A DNA stretch of 61,461 bases, the filler included, from Bonamia ostreae (Eukaryota), in the NCBI GenBank assembly GCA_040357525.1. It is 18 parts of 18 records of this genome, joined end to end, with 100 filler letters (N's around TTAATTAATTAA, not from the genome) between each part and the next. Parts side by side here need not be neighbours in the genome. Positions count along the whole stretch, not along the records: positions 34,321 to 37,638 come from JBDODL010000542.1; positions 37,739 to 41,047 come from JBDODL010000543.1; positions 41,148 to 44,454 come from JBDODL010000544.1; positions 44,555 to 47,858 come from JBDODL010000545.1; 14 more parts are not named here. One strand, given 5' to 3'. This document shows positions 36,310 to 47,958 of this stretch, one piece after another. The notes under the pieces are model-generated. The model saw nothing but the letters and a program-made list of their open reading frames with translations. It was not told where the DNA came from and made no database searches. Position numbers and translations under genes: made by a program. Each line of letters begins with the position of its first letter. Positions within the stretch are counted from its first letter, which is position 1.

Positions 36310-36603
36310 TATAATTAAAGGTTTTTTATAATATAAGTCGACTACTTTTCGTGTTTAAAATTAATGTTTTGATAAATTAAGTTTTTTTATAAATTAATGT
36401 GGATTTTGTTCCCTAAAAAACCGAAAACAGTTTAAAATCCGGAATCAAGAATATATCTACTACACCTCCAAAAACTATTTTTAAATTCAGTTCAAATTTA
36501 GAACCGTCTCCAAAAACTATTTTAAAATTCAGTTCAAATTTAGACATTTTAAATTATGGCCCACCTCCAAATATCTGCACCAAAAAGCCATTATGTGCAA
36601 CAT

Positions 36604-37638
36604 TTACTCTCCATCGCCCGCCAAGACAACCGCAGACGCGGCTTCCGCCGAGACTCGGCGCACCGTGCTCACTTTGTTCTCGAAGAGCACCTCGAAGCAG
36701 CGGTCCGCGGCGGGGAGCGTCTCCGGTTTAAAGGTGGTGCTCACGATCTGTGTCGGCTGCGCGGCCAGCTCGGAGAGCAGCCGGGTCACCGCCGCGCGGT
36801 GACCCGCGTCCAAGTTCGCGTCCACCTCGTCCAGAAAGTAGAACGGCGCCGGGTCGCACCGCTGCACTGCGAAGATCAGCGCCAGCGCCGCCACCGTCTG
36901 CTGCCCGCCCGATAGCCCTCGCAAGCGCGCCACCGCCTCCGCGCCCGGAAAGCGTACGTTCAGCGAAATGCCTCTGAAGCGCTCCGTCGGCACGCGCAAA
37001 TCCTGCTCGGGCGCCGCGAGCGCGATCTGCTCTCCGTCTCCCCCCGTCTCGATTCCGAGCGAGGCTTCTCCGTGCGGCACCAGCTCCTCGAAGACGCGGC
37101 CGAAGTGCGCGGCGATCGTGTGGAACGTTCTGTTGATCGCCTCGCCCTTCCTCCTGTCGAGGTGGTCGATCAGCCCGCGGATGGCCTTCTGCCCCTCGTC
37201 CTGCTCGCGTTTCCGCGCGACGAGTTCGTCGTGGCGCCTGCTGAAGTCGACGTGCTGCTCCAGTGCCTTCCGGTTCACGCGCAGGTCGCGCAGCTCCGCG
37301 TTGGTCGCGCGAAGTTTTTGGATGATCTCTCCGAGCGGCGCCTTCGCGAGTCGCTCCGCGGCGGAGGAGTCAGCGCAGCCGGTGTCGGCCATTTTCGCTT
37401 CGAGTTCGGCGAGTTGTTCTCGCAGCAGCGACTCTTTTTGCTTCTGTTGCCGCGCGGCCGCGCGGAGAGTTTCTTGCGACTGCGCCAGGGCCGATGCCGA
37501 TTTGGATTGTTTCTCGAGCTCGGCGCGGAGGACGCGCGATCGAGAGTTTTTTTCGGAGCGTTGTCGGCGCAATCGCTGTGTTTCAGATGTGATCTCAGAA
37601 ATCAGTTCGTTTTTCTCTTCCAGCTCCGCCTCGATTCG
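36604..37638 (-). CDS. SMC3: Cohesin SMC3, C-terminal coiled coil and ATPase head, 5'-partial
   Basis: VNRKALEQ, LDRRKGEAINRTF, FEELVPHGEASL, LSGGQQTVAALALIFAVQRCDPAPFYFLDEVDANLD. Confidence 0.95.
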   Translation of the reverse strand, partial: RIEAELEEKNELISEITSETQRLRRQRSEKNSRSRVLRAELEKQSKSASALAQSQETLRAAARQQKQKESLLREQLAELEAKMADTGCADSSAAERLAKAPLGEIIQKLRATNAELRDLRVNRKALEQHVDFSRRHDELVARKREQDEGQKAIRGLIDHLDRRKGEAINRTFHTIAAHFGRVFEELVPHGEASLGIETGGDGEQIALAAPEQDLRVPTERFRGISLNVRFPGAEAVARLRGLSGGQQTVAALALIFAVQRCDPAPFYFLDEVDANLDAGHRAAVTRLLSELAAQPTQIVSTTFKPETLPAADRCFEVLFENKVSTVRRVSAEAASAVVLAGDGE

Positions 37639-37738
37639 NNNNNNNNNNNNNNNNNNNNNNNNNNNNNNNNNNNNNNNNNNNNTTAATTAATTAANNNNNN
37701 NNNNNNNNNNNNNNNNNNNNNNNNNNNNNNNNNNNNNN

Positions 37739-38503
37739 TTGCTAAAATTTTCTGTTATTAAAGCTTAAAAACTGTCCAAAATCGCCTATAATTTGGCAAA
37801 AATACGCTGAATTTGAAGAACAACACTCGACAGCGTCTAAAGCGAGGTCAATTTTAGAAACAGCAAAGTTGAAAATACCAAAATCGCCCGATTTGTGGCT
37901 AGCCTCAGTGCGTTTCGAGTTTAGGCAAAACTCGACCAACAAAAACGGCGGAACCGACAGGTCATTGAGCATGGCGCTGCAACAGTGCCCCGATTCTGGA
38001 AAACTTTGGGCTTTCTCTGTCGATTTTGAGACCAAAGCAAAGCGCCGAGGACGTTGCTATGACGCGCTCAAAGCTTTGCCCGAAGATTGCTATGTGTACC
38101 TTTCCGCAGCCAAGTCTAAATTTCGAATTTTCGAAACAACAAAAAATAATTTTTAGCAAAATTTTAAAGCTCAAATAAACTTTTTGTCTAAATTTCAAGT
38201 CGTAAAATATTGAAAAAAATTTTCTAATAAAGATTATTTTGGTCGGAACGAAAATTGGAAAAAGCAAAAAATTGGTTTGAACGCGCTGTAAAAACAAAAG
38301 ATTTCGGCGACGCCTGGATTTACTACTATTCCTTCTCGCTGCAACACGGCACAGAAGAAGAACAGCAAAATCTTCTGGAGCGGTGCAGCGAAGCTGAACC
38401 TAAACATGGAGAAAAATGGACATCGGTTTCCAAAAAACCGGGCAACATGAAAAAATCCACTGCGGATATTCTAAAAGAAGCAGCTTTAAAAATTAAAATT
38501 TAG
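37739..38503 (+). CDS. PRPF6: Pre-mRNA processing factor 6, C-terminal TPR/HAT region, 5'-partial
   Basis: KARSILE..LWLASVRFE..ALQQCPDSGKLWA..KAKNWFERAVK..DFGDAW..LQHGTEE..AEPKHGEKWTSVSK. Confidence 0.93.
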
Positions 38504-38838
38504 CGCAATTTTCTATAATTTATAAAACTGCAAATCATATAAAAAACGATTTTAAACCACAATTTAATAATGGAAAACAAATTTGAAAAAATATTAAACG
38601 ATTTGAAAGTACATCTTTTTTAAAGAACAGGAATCAAAAACCTGCTCTGAAAAAAGCAATTTAAAGTGTACTAATTTAATAAAAATATCACAAATTTAAG
38701 CCGCGCTTTTTCAGGTGAAATATAAACTTCATCGATAATAAAAGCTACAACATTTTGTAAACTTTTTATTAGAGCCTTAACAAAATCACATATAAAATAG
38801 TTTACAAAACCTAAAATTTACTGAAGCTTTAATTCGCC

Positions 38839-40813
38839 ATGATAAAAAACATGAGAAGCGGAATGCCTTCTCTGTTCAAAAAAGGCTCAAAATCGTTCGA
38901 AGGACTTGCTTCGACCGAGCGGAGCCTGAAGGCCGTGATAAAACTAGCGGAGATGATCGAAACCTCATTCGGCCCCAACGCGCTCAACAAAATCGTGATA
39001 AACTCACACGACAAAATCTCAGTCACTTCGGACACGGCCGCCATCCTCGAGAACGTTTCATTCGCAAATTGCAGCTGGAAATAAATCATCCCGTCGCAAA
39101 AATGGTCGTCGGCGCTGCGAAAATGCAAGAGAAAGAAGTTGATCTAACTAAAAATCTAGATCGGAGACGGCTCTAATTTGGTCATTTTGTTTGCCGGAGA
39201 GCTTTGCAAAATTGCGATCGACCTTATTAAAGAAGGCGTCCAAATTAACGATATCGTCGAGGGATATTCGATGGCCATAGGAATGGTCCCGTCAATCCTC
39301 GATTGTTATTAATCCTCATTTTCGACCATTTCATTTGTAAATTTTAAAAAATTCGTGTAAAAAATTTAGCGATAAAAAGAGCGGAAAAGAAGGAGAGTTC
39401 TAAGAAAATTATAAAAACAGCGATTTCGAGCAAAATTCACGGCTTCGAAAACCGTTTTGCTGATTTGATTGCTGACGGTTGTTTGGCTGTTTCAAAGGAC
39501 GATTACAAAAATATCGGGTTTGATGTCGATTCGATTCGAACGAAGCAAGTTGCGGCTGGCAGTTTGCGCGACAGTTTTCTCAGTTTCGGTATTGTCGTCA
39601 ATGGCGATTTTGAAGCGATTGGAGTTTTTATTTTTCGTTTTGAACAATTTCAAAAAAATTGATTTTAATTTATTAAATTTTATTTTTTGTTTGAACAATT
39701 TCAAAAAAATTGATTTTAATTTATTTTTCGTTTTGAACAATTTCAAAAAAATTGATTTTAATTTATTTTTCGTTTTGAACTATTTTAAAAAAGCGATTTT
39801 AATTTATTTTTCGTTTTGAACAATTTCAAAAAAGCGATTTTAATTTATTAAATTTTAAGCCAAACAACGCAGACTTCGAAATAAAAGACGCCGCAGTGTG
39901 TGTTTTCAACGGATCGGTGGACGCCCAAACCACAGAAACAAAAGGAGTCGTCTTGTTTGAAAACGCCGAACAAATGCTAAACTTCAACAAAGACGAAGAA
40001 AAAAGAGTCGAAAATTCGATCATCGATCTGAAAAACTTGAACACGAAACTGATTGTCACCGGCGGCAAATTTGGCGACATCGCTTTGCACTTCATGTCCA
40101 AACACAAAATCGCCGGTCTCAAAATTTCCTCTAAATTCGAGTTAAGACGAGTCGCGAAATTGGTCAGATGTAGAGCCGTCCCATTATTTGTTTTTTTTTG
40201 ACTAAATATTTTTTGACAAATTTAGCCAATTTGCGATTTTTTTGGCTAAATAAAATTTTTAGATTTTTTCAAAATTTTCAATTTTCTTTATTTTAAATAA
40301 AGGGCGAAAAAGTTGACAAAGAAGATTTGGGATTTCTAAAAATTGCGCGGAGCAAAGAAATTGGCTCCAAAAAATTGTTTTTGTGAATACAAAATTTTTT
40401 GGACAAAAATGCATTTTCGACAAAATTTAAATTTTGCTGAACGCAGAGTTTTCTTGGAACAAGACCGAAAAGACGCTCAATTCGCCACGATCGTCGTCCG
40501 AGGCGCCACAGAAAGTTTCCGCGAGAGCGGCGAAAAAGCTGTCGATGACGGAGTCAACGCCATCAAAACCGCTTCGAAAGACCAGAGGACTGTGCTCGGC
40601 GGCGGCGCGAGCGAAATCCAAATGGCAACTCGAATGCGTTCCGAAAAGCAATTTGGCGAATCAGAAATGGCTCTGCGGTTCGGAGTGGACGGCTTCGCGA
40701 GTGCTCTGGAAGCCATTCCGCGGCGCTTGGCCAAATCTGCCGGGTTGGACGATTATGCCAAAGTGGCCGAAATGGTTTCCGTTCATTCCAAATCTCCCGA
40801 TGCTGTTCTCGGC
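38839..40813 (+). CDS. CCT8: T-complex protein 1 subunit theta, 3'-partial
   Basis: TSFGPNALNKIVIN, VTSDTAAIL, HPVAKMVV, GDGSNLVILFAGEL, TETKGVVL, SKFELRRV, TIVVRGAT, EKAVDDGVN. Confidence 0.95.
39624..39859. repeat. ~42-nt tandem repeat filling CCT8 intron 39624-39859
   Basis: About 5 copies of ttttcgttttgaacaatttcaaaaaaattgattttaattta. Confidence 0.9.
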
Positions 40814-41191
40814 GTTAGTTTTATTGTTTTTTTTTCTAATTTTTGTTTATTTTAACAATTTTTTTAATAATATTTTTTCTAATTTTTGACAATATTTTTT
40901 TCTAATTTTGTTTAATTTTAAAAATATTTTTAATTTTTGTTTTATTTTAACAATATTTTTAATTTTTGTTTTATTTTAAAAATATTTTTTATTATTGTTG
41001 ACAATATTTAATTTTTGTTCTATTTTAACAATATTTTTTATAATTTTNNNNNNNNNNNNNNNNNNNNNNNNNNNNNNNNNNNNNNNNNNNNTTAATTAAT
41101 TAANNNNNNNNNNNNNNNNNNNNNNNNNNNNNNNNNNNNNNNNNNNNATTAATCCAGATACTGATTTTAAAATATTTTAAAAATAAAATTA

Positions 41192-44173
41192 TTAAAAAAA
41201 ATATTTTGAAATATGTTTAAAAAAATAAAATTTTGATCGAATATCCAACTTATAAAAACCTGTCACTGCTTTCGATCCACTGCGATACCCACAAAACTCC
41301 ACAACAGCGTTAAAATAAGTTCGAACAGTCGTAAAATTTTCAAAAGTAAGTTCAAAATCTTCTTCCACACACCGAAACGCGATATTCTTGTTACTCAAGT
41401 GACATCTTCCCGTGACTTCTACATCATTCAAAACTCTCTCCACATTCGAGTCGTCCATCACCGCCAAAAAATTCACTTTTCTCGCGTCACAGCCATTTCG
41501 CGCTCGCGTGCACAAATCTTCCAAAGATTCCGTCACCACTTCGCCGTCCCGCACTGCTTCCCAAACACCGTCTTCGCAGCGCATCTCGAAATGCAACCAG
41601 TCTGCCATCCCGGAACACCTCGCCGCAAAATGGTCTCCCGAAATAAACGTGGAGACGTCCTCGGGCGCCTCGAAATTGGCCCCCGTCGGCAGATTCCGCG
41701 CCAGACAGAAACTCGATCCGGTCGCTTGTTGGCACTGCGTCGTATTCTGCACTGCTCTTCCGCCCGTTTTCAATCCATCTGACAGACATTCGATTCGCGC
41801 GAAGCCCAAGATCGACCCGTCGTCCAGAATATCGCTGAGAACGTACCCTTCTTGTCCACAAGTGTATATAAAGTTGTCCCCGAAATGTGCCGAAGTGCCA
41901 TTTGATCTCTGTTCGTTCGATGGTTTGCTATAAGCAACGACTCCAGTGCCAAATGACAAAATGCAGATCGACCCGGCGGAGAGCAACAGCCCGCAACGCT
42001 CCGAGACTGCCTCGAAAGTGGCAGGAACGGTCGTCTGGCTACTCGTGTCGATTTCAAAAGCGCCTTTGTGGCACAGGAACGACAACACATTGTTGTTACC
42101 AAAACATTGCGCGGTGACGTGTTCTCCTTGCATCACGCGCGGAACCTGGTTCAATCCGAGATGGACAATCGAGCTGAGCCGGCCCAGATCGCAGCTGTCT
42201 CTCACGTTTTCGCAGAGATGGGACAACGGCTCTTCCACCTCAAACCCGTTCAGGAACACCTTCCATTCGCCGTGTTCGCAGCGGAGACGGAACGGGTACC
42301 AGTCTCCAGCGCCGGAGCACACCGCGTCGATTTGGTCTTCGTCCAAGAACGTCTTCACGTTTTCGTTTGGCAAAGTCGCTTCGAGTTCGCGCGGCAACGC
42401 GGTCAACAGACAGACGTACTGCGCCAGAGCACAAGTTACGCCGTCGAGCACTTTGTTGCCACCGCTCATAATGCCTCCTTCGGTGCACTCTGCTTCGATG
42501 TAGCTGCTTCTCTGGCCATTGTCAGTGCCGTCGAACGCGTTTTCGAGGACGTGATTGCCGGTTTCGCACGTGTACACAAAGCGATCTCCGCGGTGCACGT
42601 GGCTCTTCGGCGGACGGTCTTCCCCGGACGGGCTCGCGTAGATCTTCACGCCGGGCCCCGCGTCCAACACACATTGGAAATCAGTCGCGGTGTCGAGACC
42701 ACAGACCGCGGCAACGGCTTCGAAGCCGATCGGCGTCACGGAGCCGTCCACAGCGACGATCTGCAGCTCAGTTTTGTCACAACGCAAGTTGACGCTGCCC
42801 TCTCCTTCGAAGCAGTCCGCCACCATCTCCGCGCCATCGAGAACTTTTTTAGGCGGGTTTGCGCCGAAATTGACCATCTCCGAGTACTGGAACGCGTCGC
42901 AGCTTTGCTCAGCCGCGGCGCAGGTTTCGGAAACCGCGTTCGTTATTTCGACGGCGTCTTTGAAGACAGCCCAATGAGTGCCCTTGCACTCCACGCTGAG
43001 AGTGTACCAAGCGCCAGAACCAGAACAAGTCGCGTTGAAGATTTGCCCGAGCATGATCACTTCGAAAAGCGGGTTTGTGTCGACGAGGCTCACCTTTGCG
43101 GGGAGCTCGTTTTGGAGACAGATTTGGTGGTACGGCGACAGTTCGCAGGCGAGGCCGTTCTTGACCAATCGGCCGTCGCTCTCGAGTCCATTGGCCGTGC
43201 ACTCGACTTCGAGGTAACCGCGTTTCGAGAGGTCGTTGAAGACGTCGTCGAGGATGTGGTAGTTCGCCTGGCAGAGGAAGATCAAGCGGTCCCCGACGAG
43301 CAGAGCGCTGCCGGGCTCGCGCTCCACGCCGGACGGGGCCGACAACGCTTTGACGCTGGCGTCGACGTCCAAGTTGCAGTCTCCGCTCGGGCCCAGCTCT
43401 TCGATCATGCCGCAGGCCAAGGCGGTCGACAAGAGGGAGATTTGAGGGCCCAGCTCGCCGTTTTCTCGGATGTGGTATGAGCCTTCACTGCATTCGAGCT
43501 CGATGGCGGTTCGCTGAGGGTTGTGGCAGGTGGTGAAAAGTATCGTTTGGTGAGAATAGAATTCTTCGGAGCCGGGGAATTTGAACAAAGGCGTTACGTC
43601 GGCGAGCGGGCAGCCCTTCTCCGCTTTTGGGCATTCGGTGGAAGGGTCGATGTTGGTTGTCCAGCCTTGAGTGCCGCACGTCGCCTCGAAGGTGAGCCAG
43701 CTCCCTTGGCCGGCGCATCTCACGACGAAGGGCACTCCTTCGCCGGCCGAGCGGATTTGGTAATAAGGGAAGGTCATCGGGTTTAGCCCGCCGAGTGTGT
43801 ACGGGAAAACGAACTCGGTGAGAGGTGGCGTGTCGCTGAAGAGGCAATAAGGTTGCGTTGCTTGGCCACAGTCGACGCCATCTCTGACGGGCTCGTTGTT
43901 GTAGAGCAAAGTGGTGCCGTCGCAAGTGACGATGGCGAAGGCTCCGGAAAGACCGTTCGAGTTGATGTCTTGGAGGTAGTCTCCGGGGGTTTTGCAGACG
44001 TAGAGGAACTGGTCGTCTTTGTAGGCGACGTCCAAATTGTCGCGCAGGATTTTGTCTGCGACAGTGTACACTTGGACGCCCGAGCCGAACTTGATGGTGC
44101 AATCGGATAGAAGAGAAGGGAGGAAGAGGGGGATGCAGAAAATCCAAAGTTTGCTCAAAATAACGAAGGACAT
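41192..44173 (-). CDS. Large secreted Cys-rich repeat protein (4 x ~235-aa repeats, Sushi/CCP-like modules), probably 3'-partial
   Basis: 993-aa ORF with a signal peptide; four internal repeats of 12 conserved Cys each; the AT-rich tail after KAVTG looks like read-through into an intron (G|GTTTTATAAG). Confidence 0.85.
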   Translation of the reverse strand: MSFVILSKLWIFCIPLFLPSLLSDCTIKFGSGVQVYTVADKILRDNLDVAYKDDQFLYVCKTPGDYLQDINSNGLSGAFAIVTCDGTTLLYNNEPVRDGVDCGQATQPYCLFSDTPPLTEFVFPYTLGGLNPMTFPYYQIRSAGEGVPFVVRCAGQGSWLTFEATCGTQGWTTNIDPSTECPKAEKGCPLADVTPLFKFPGSEEFYSHQTILFTTCHNPQRTAIELECSEGSYHIRENGELGPQISLLSTALACGMIEELGPSGDCNLDVDASVKALSAPSGVEREPGSALLVGDRLIFLCQANYHILDDVFNDLSKRGYLEVECTANGLESDGRLVKNGLACELSPYHQICLQNELPAKVSLVDTNPLFEVIMLGQIFNATCSGSGAWYTLSVECKGTHWAVFKDAVEITNAVSETCAAAEQSCDAFQYSEMVNFGANPPKKVLDGAEMVADCFEGEGSVNLRCDKTELQIVAVDGSVTPIGFEAVAAVCGLDTATDFQCVLDAGPGVKIYASPSGEDRPPKSHVHRGDRFVYTCETGNHVLENAFDGTDNGQRSSYIEAECTEGGIMSGGNKVLDGVTCALAQYVCLLTALPRELEATLPNENVKTFLDEDQIDAVCSGAGDWYPFRLRCEHGEWKVFLNGFEVEEPLSHLCENVRDSCDLGRLSSIVHLGLNQVPRVMQGEHVTAQCFGNNNVLSFLCHKGAFEIDTSSQTTVPATFEAVSERCGLLLSAGSICILSFGTGVVAYSKPSNEQRSNGTSAHFGDNFIYTCGQEGYVLSDILDDGSILGFARIECLSDGLKTGGRAVQNTTQCQQATGSSFCLARNLPTGANFEAPEDVSTFISGDHFAARCSGMADWLHFEMRCEDGVWEAVRDGEVVTESLEDLCTRARNGCDARKVNFLAVMDDSNVERVLNDVEVTGRCHLSNKNIAFRCVEEDFELTFENFTTVRTYFNAVVEFCGYRSGSKAVTGFYKLDIRSKFYFFKHISKYFF

Positions 44174-44633
44174 GTTTCGCGGGAGATTTTTGGAGGTTTT
44201 TGTTGAAATGAAGAGCGGTTACGAAGAAAGGATAAAGTTAATGCGGCGGGAGGTTTAGAGACTGCTCTTCGTGCTTGGATTTTTTTATGATGCTGAAAAT
44301 TTGCGTGGCACTTAAAATTCGCCAAAGATTATAATTTACTTCGGGACATCTTGTTTATGCTCACGTGAAAGTTTTTTACGTTATTTTTTTATTGAATTTA
44401 GTTGTTTGAGACATCATTTTGTTTGAGACATCATTTTACGTTAATTTTTATTGTNNNNNNNNNNNNNNNNNNNNNNNNNNNNNNNNNNNNNNNNNNNNTT
44501 AATTAATTAANNNNNNNNNNNNNNNNNNNNNNNNNNNNNNNNNNNNNNNNNNNNAAATTTTTGTCGAAAATATTTATGTCAAATTTATGAAGACGAAGAT
44601 ATTTCAAAATTTTTAGTTCCGATTTAATAAATT

Positions 44634-45032
44634 TCACGCGTGATTGTCTTTCGTGGCGCCGGGTTGTCTCCACAAATCGGAGAACATCCATCCGATTTGG
44701 TATTCCGGGCTCATCTTAATGACCGGCTGTTCCTTGAAGTTGTGGCCGTGCGGCGCAGGTTCCATCAACAGATAAAGACTTCTGTCTAGAAACGGAATAT
44801 CCACGACATCGCTGTAGCGCTTGCATGGCGAATATATGTTTGGCACGCGCCTGCGCCATTCTTCTTCGGTCTCTCCTTCGAGAGGAGGATCGTACACACT
44901 TTAAGTCCCAAATTTTAAAAACACTTTGTAGTGCTCCTTCTCGGTGAAGGTCACTCTGTCTGTATAATAAGTGCTTTTTGGTATCACCAAAAGTCTGTTT
45001 TTTAAAACAGTCCTTCTAAATATTTTTAGCAT
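44634..45032 (-). CDS. Hypothetical protein with mitochondrial presequence-like N-terminus
   Basis: MLKIFRRTVLKNRLLVIPKSTYY.. joined by a 24-nt intron to VYDPPLEGETEEEWRRRVP..; the 3' end may continue. Confidence 0.6.
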
Positions 45033-45110
45033 GCGATTTTAGTTAGCAACGATAAATTTCAGATTTTCAGAAATAGATTTTAGACAGAGCTTAAGCTTTT
45101 TTACAAGAAA

Positions 45111-46139
45111 ATGCCGTTTGTAAAATCTGAGAAAGCAAGAAGTGATTGCAACTCATTTATGCCTTCCGGGATAAATTTTTTTGACGATATTTTCTCTCCG
45201 TCGAAACTGGGATTTTCTACTGGGCAAATTTGCGCTTTAATTATTGACCAAAAAACTTGTCATTTTAAAGATTTTTTGAAAAAATTTTTGTTTTTTCACG
45301 TTTTTAAAGCTTTTTTATTTTTATCGGTTTTGCAAATTTTCAAAGCTTTTTTTTTATTTTTAAAGCTTATTTTCAAAAATTTCAAAGCAATCGAGCGAAA
45401 ATCCAAGTTATTATTTAGTTTGCGAAGAAGACTTTTTGACCAATTTTAATAAAACCGCAAAATCCGCTGATCTAAAAGCTAAAAATCAAACTCAAAATTT
45501 GGCAAATCAACCAAATCTCAAAATGGCCTGGCAATACAATAAATATTTTACTAACAATAAATCCAAAAACGATCCCACTTTCTTCTTCAACGGTCCCATT
45601 TTGGAAAACGATGATACGAAAAATAACGTCGAAAAAGACAAATTTGTCATAATGGAGAAAACAAACGATTTTGGATTGCAATATTTAAAAAACAAAATTA
45701 TTGCTAAAAACAAATTTCGAATGTACACAGATATTTTTTTGAAGTCTGACAAATCTGTAAACGAACAAAAATTATGGCGAACATTATATATTTTTAAACA
45801 ATTCGTTAAAACACAAAATTGCGTTTTGTTTATTGCTATTAAAAACGAGATTTTTACAAACAAGTTAAGACATTTAGTGGACATAATATTACATGTCAAA
45901 TCGTTTGAAGGCGATTTTAACAGGTTTTGTTGTTCAAGATAAAAAGTCCGAACCCGAAGTCCGAATATGGGGATTATGATGGCATAGTAAATTTGCTAAA
46001 ATGTTCGTTTAGAGCGACAAATGATTTTTGCTTTTTGTACAAAAAGCGATTCAAAAATTTGAAAATAGAAAAGTTTAGTTTGCCGCCCGAAATGCTCAGA
46101 GAGGATTTGGCTGAAACGAAGATTGACGATAAATTTTAA
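45111..46139 (+). CDS. ELP4: Elongator complex protein 4-like
   Basis: PSGINFFDDIF, LKMAWQY, YGDYDGIVNLLK, LKIEKFSLPPE; two introns. Confidence 0.8.
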
Positions 46140-46236
46140 AATTTAGTTTTCTTTAAAAATTTTGATCTAAAAATCAACCAAAATAATAACAAAACTTTAA
46201 AATATTAAATAAAACTTTGCCACGAAAAGCTTTAAA

Positions 46237-47858
46237 ATGGCTAATATTTTTAATAAAATTGAATTTGGAAGTAAAAGAATAGCTATAATAAATCCTTCAA
46301 AAAATGGCTTCCCGGAAAAGATCAGTTATGAAAGTTTAGCCAAATATATGTTCGATTCTAATGAAGAAATCAAATTAAAAAAACCGAATGGCGTAATTTC
46401 CCTAATTCTGGGAAACGGAATTGAATTTGTAATAGCTTTTTTGTCCATTGTTTCTGGAGGGTTTATAGTCGCTCCCATCAACCCCAATTTTACAGAATGT
46501 TCTTAAATATTTTAATGTCGAAAGACGAAATTCTGAAAAACTTGAAGGAAATCGATCCAGATTTGATAATAAACGATAAAAATTCCGATTATTTGACTAA
46601 TTATTGCTCGAAAAACAAAATAAAACTTTTGAATTTTTGCCAAATTGCCAAAAAATTGGTTGGCCAAAATCCAAAAAAGGACAGAAAAAATGTGGTTGGG
46701 TTTGACAACTTGGCTTGTTTGCAGCTCTATACAAGCGGTACAACCGGTTCTCCGAAATGTTGTTTAAAAATATTAGAAAGGCGTAAGATTGACCCACGAA
46801 AATATAATTTGTTCGGTGAACAACATTGCAAAAAATCTAAAATTAACGGAAAAAGATTCGACACTAATCGTAATGCCTCTATTCCACGTGCACGGTCTTA
46901 TTGGCGGCTTACTCACCACATTATTTTCAGGTGAATCATTATTAGGCAAAAAGCGCCGTTCGTTAAAAAGCGGAGCGATTATTTTAAAGATCTAATCGAC
47001 CCAAAAATCTTCGGAAACGAAGCGTCGCTCATTAAAAAGCGGAGCGATTAGATTAAAAAAGTCGAAAGATTTAAAATTTGAAAATAAAAAAGCGTAAATT
47101 TTGGAATATTTCCATTAACAAAATTTTTGGACAAAAATAGGCGGAACAGCGGTTATTCCGAAAAAATTTTCTGCAACAGAATTTTGGAAATTATTTAGTT
47201 CATATAACAACACGTAAATTAACGAACAATTATCCAAATTTTAATTCGGAAAACTAAAAAATTTTCAAGTTGGTACACCGCAGTTCCGACAATCCACAAA
47301 ATCATCGAAAAAACTTTTGCAAAAACTTTTTCAAAACTAAAATCTGCAGAAAAATCGGCCATTCGCAAAAATCTCCGTTTTGTGCGTTCTTGCAGTTCCG
47401 CCCTTCCAAAAGATCTTTTTTGTTCGATAGAAAATTTGCTCAATGTTCCGGTCGTTCAAGTTTCAGCGCGATTGTAAATTAAAGGCGTACGCGATGACCG
47501 AAGCGTCGCACCAGATCAGTTCAAATCCGTTGCCGCCATTTAAACGGAAACCCGAAAGCGTCGGGAAACCATTGGGAACTGATGTCGCTATACTTTCCAA
47601 TGGAGACTTTTGCTCTGAACATCGAATCGTCGGTTTTATAATTGTATTAATGGCGTAAAACAGATCATGTTGAATTGTAGATTTGATGACAAAAATTTTA
47701 ATGATCAAGGCGAGATAGCGATTAAAGCACCTTCCGTTATAAAAAGCTATCACATAAGGAACGAAGAGGACAAAAAGAAAAATGGAGAGTCGTTCGCAAA
47801 AGAGTATTTTAAGACAGGTGATTTGGGGTATTTTGACGAAGAAGGGTTCTTGTACATT
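46237..47858 (+). CDS. Oxalate-CoA ligase-like acyl-activating enzyme (AAE3/Pcs60 family), 3'-partial
   Basis: YTSGTTGSPK, LTHENI, MPLFHVHGL, WYTAVPTIH, LRFVRSCSSAL, AYAMTEASHQISSNPLPP, YFKTGDLG. Confidence 0.9.
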
Positions 47859-47958
47859 NNNNNNNNNNNNNNNNNNNNNNNNNNNNNNNNNNNNNNNNNN
47901 NNTTAATTAATTAANNNNNNNNNNNNNNNNNNNNNNNNNNNNNNNNNNNNNNNNNNNN

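Noticed and set aside
36467-36545. Two direct repeats (ctccaaaaactattttaaattcagttcaaatttaga) between SMC3 and the Arf-like gene
   Set aside because: Simple local duplication with no element hallmarks.
36556-37690. Plus-strand ORFs opposite SMC3
   Set aside because: Antisense shadows caused by high GC; some run into the N linker.
42068-43480. 470-aa plus-strand ORF and other overlapping ORFs
   Set aside because: Antisense shadow of the GC-rich 993-aa gene; no motifs.
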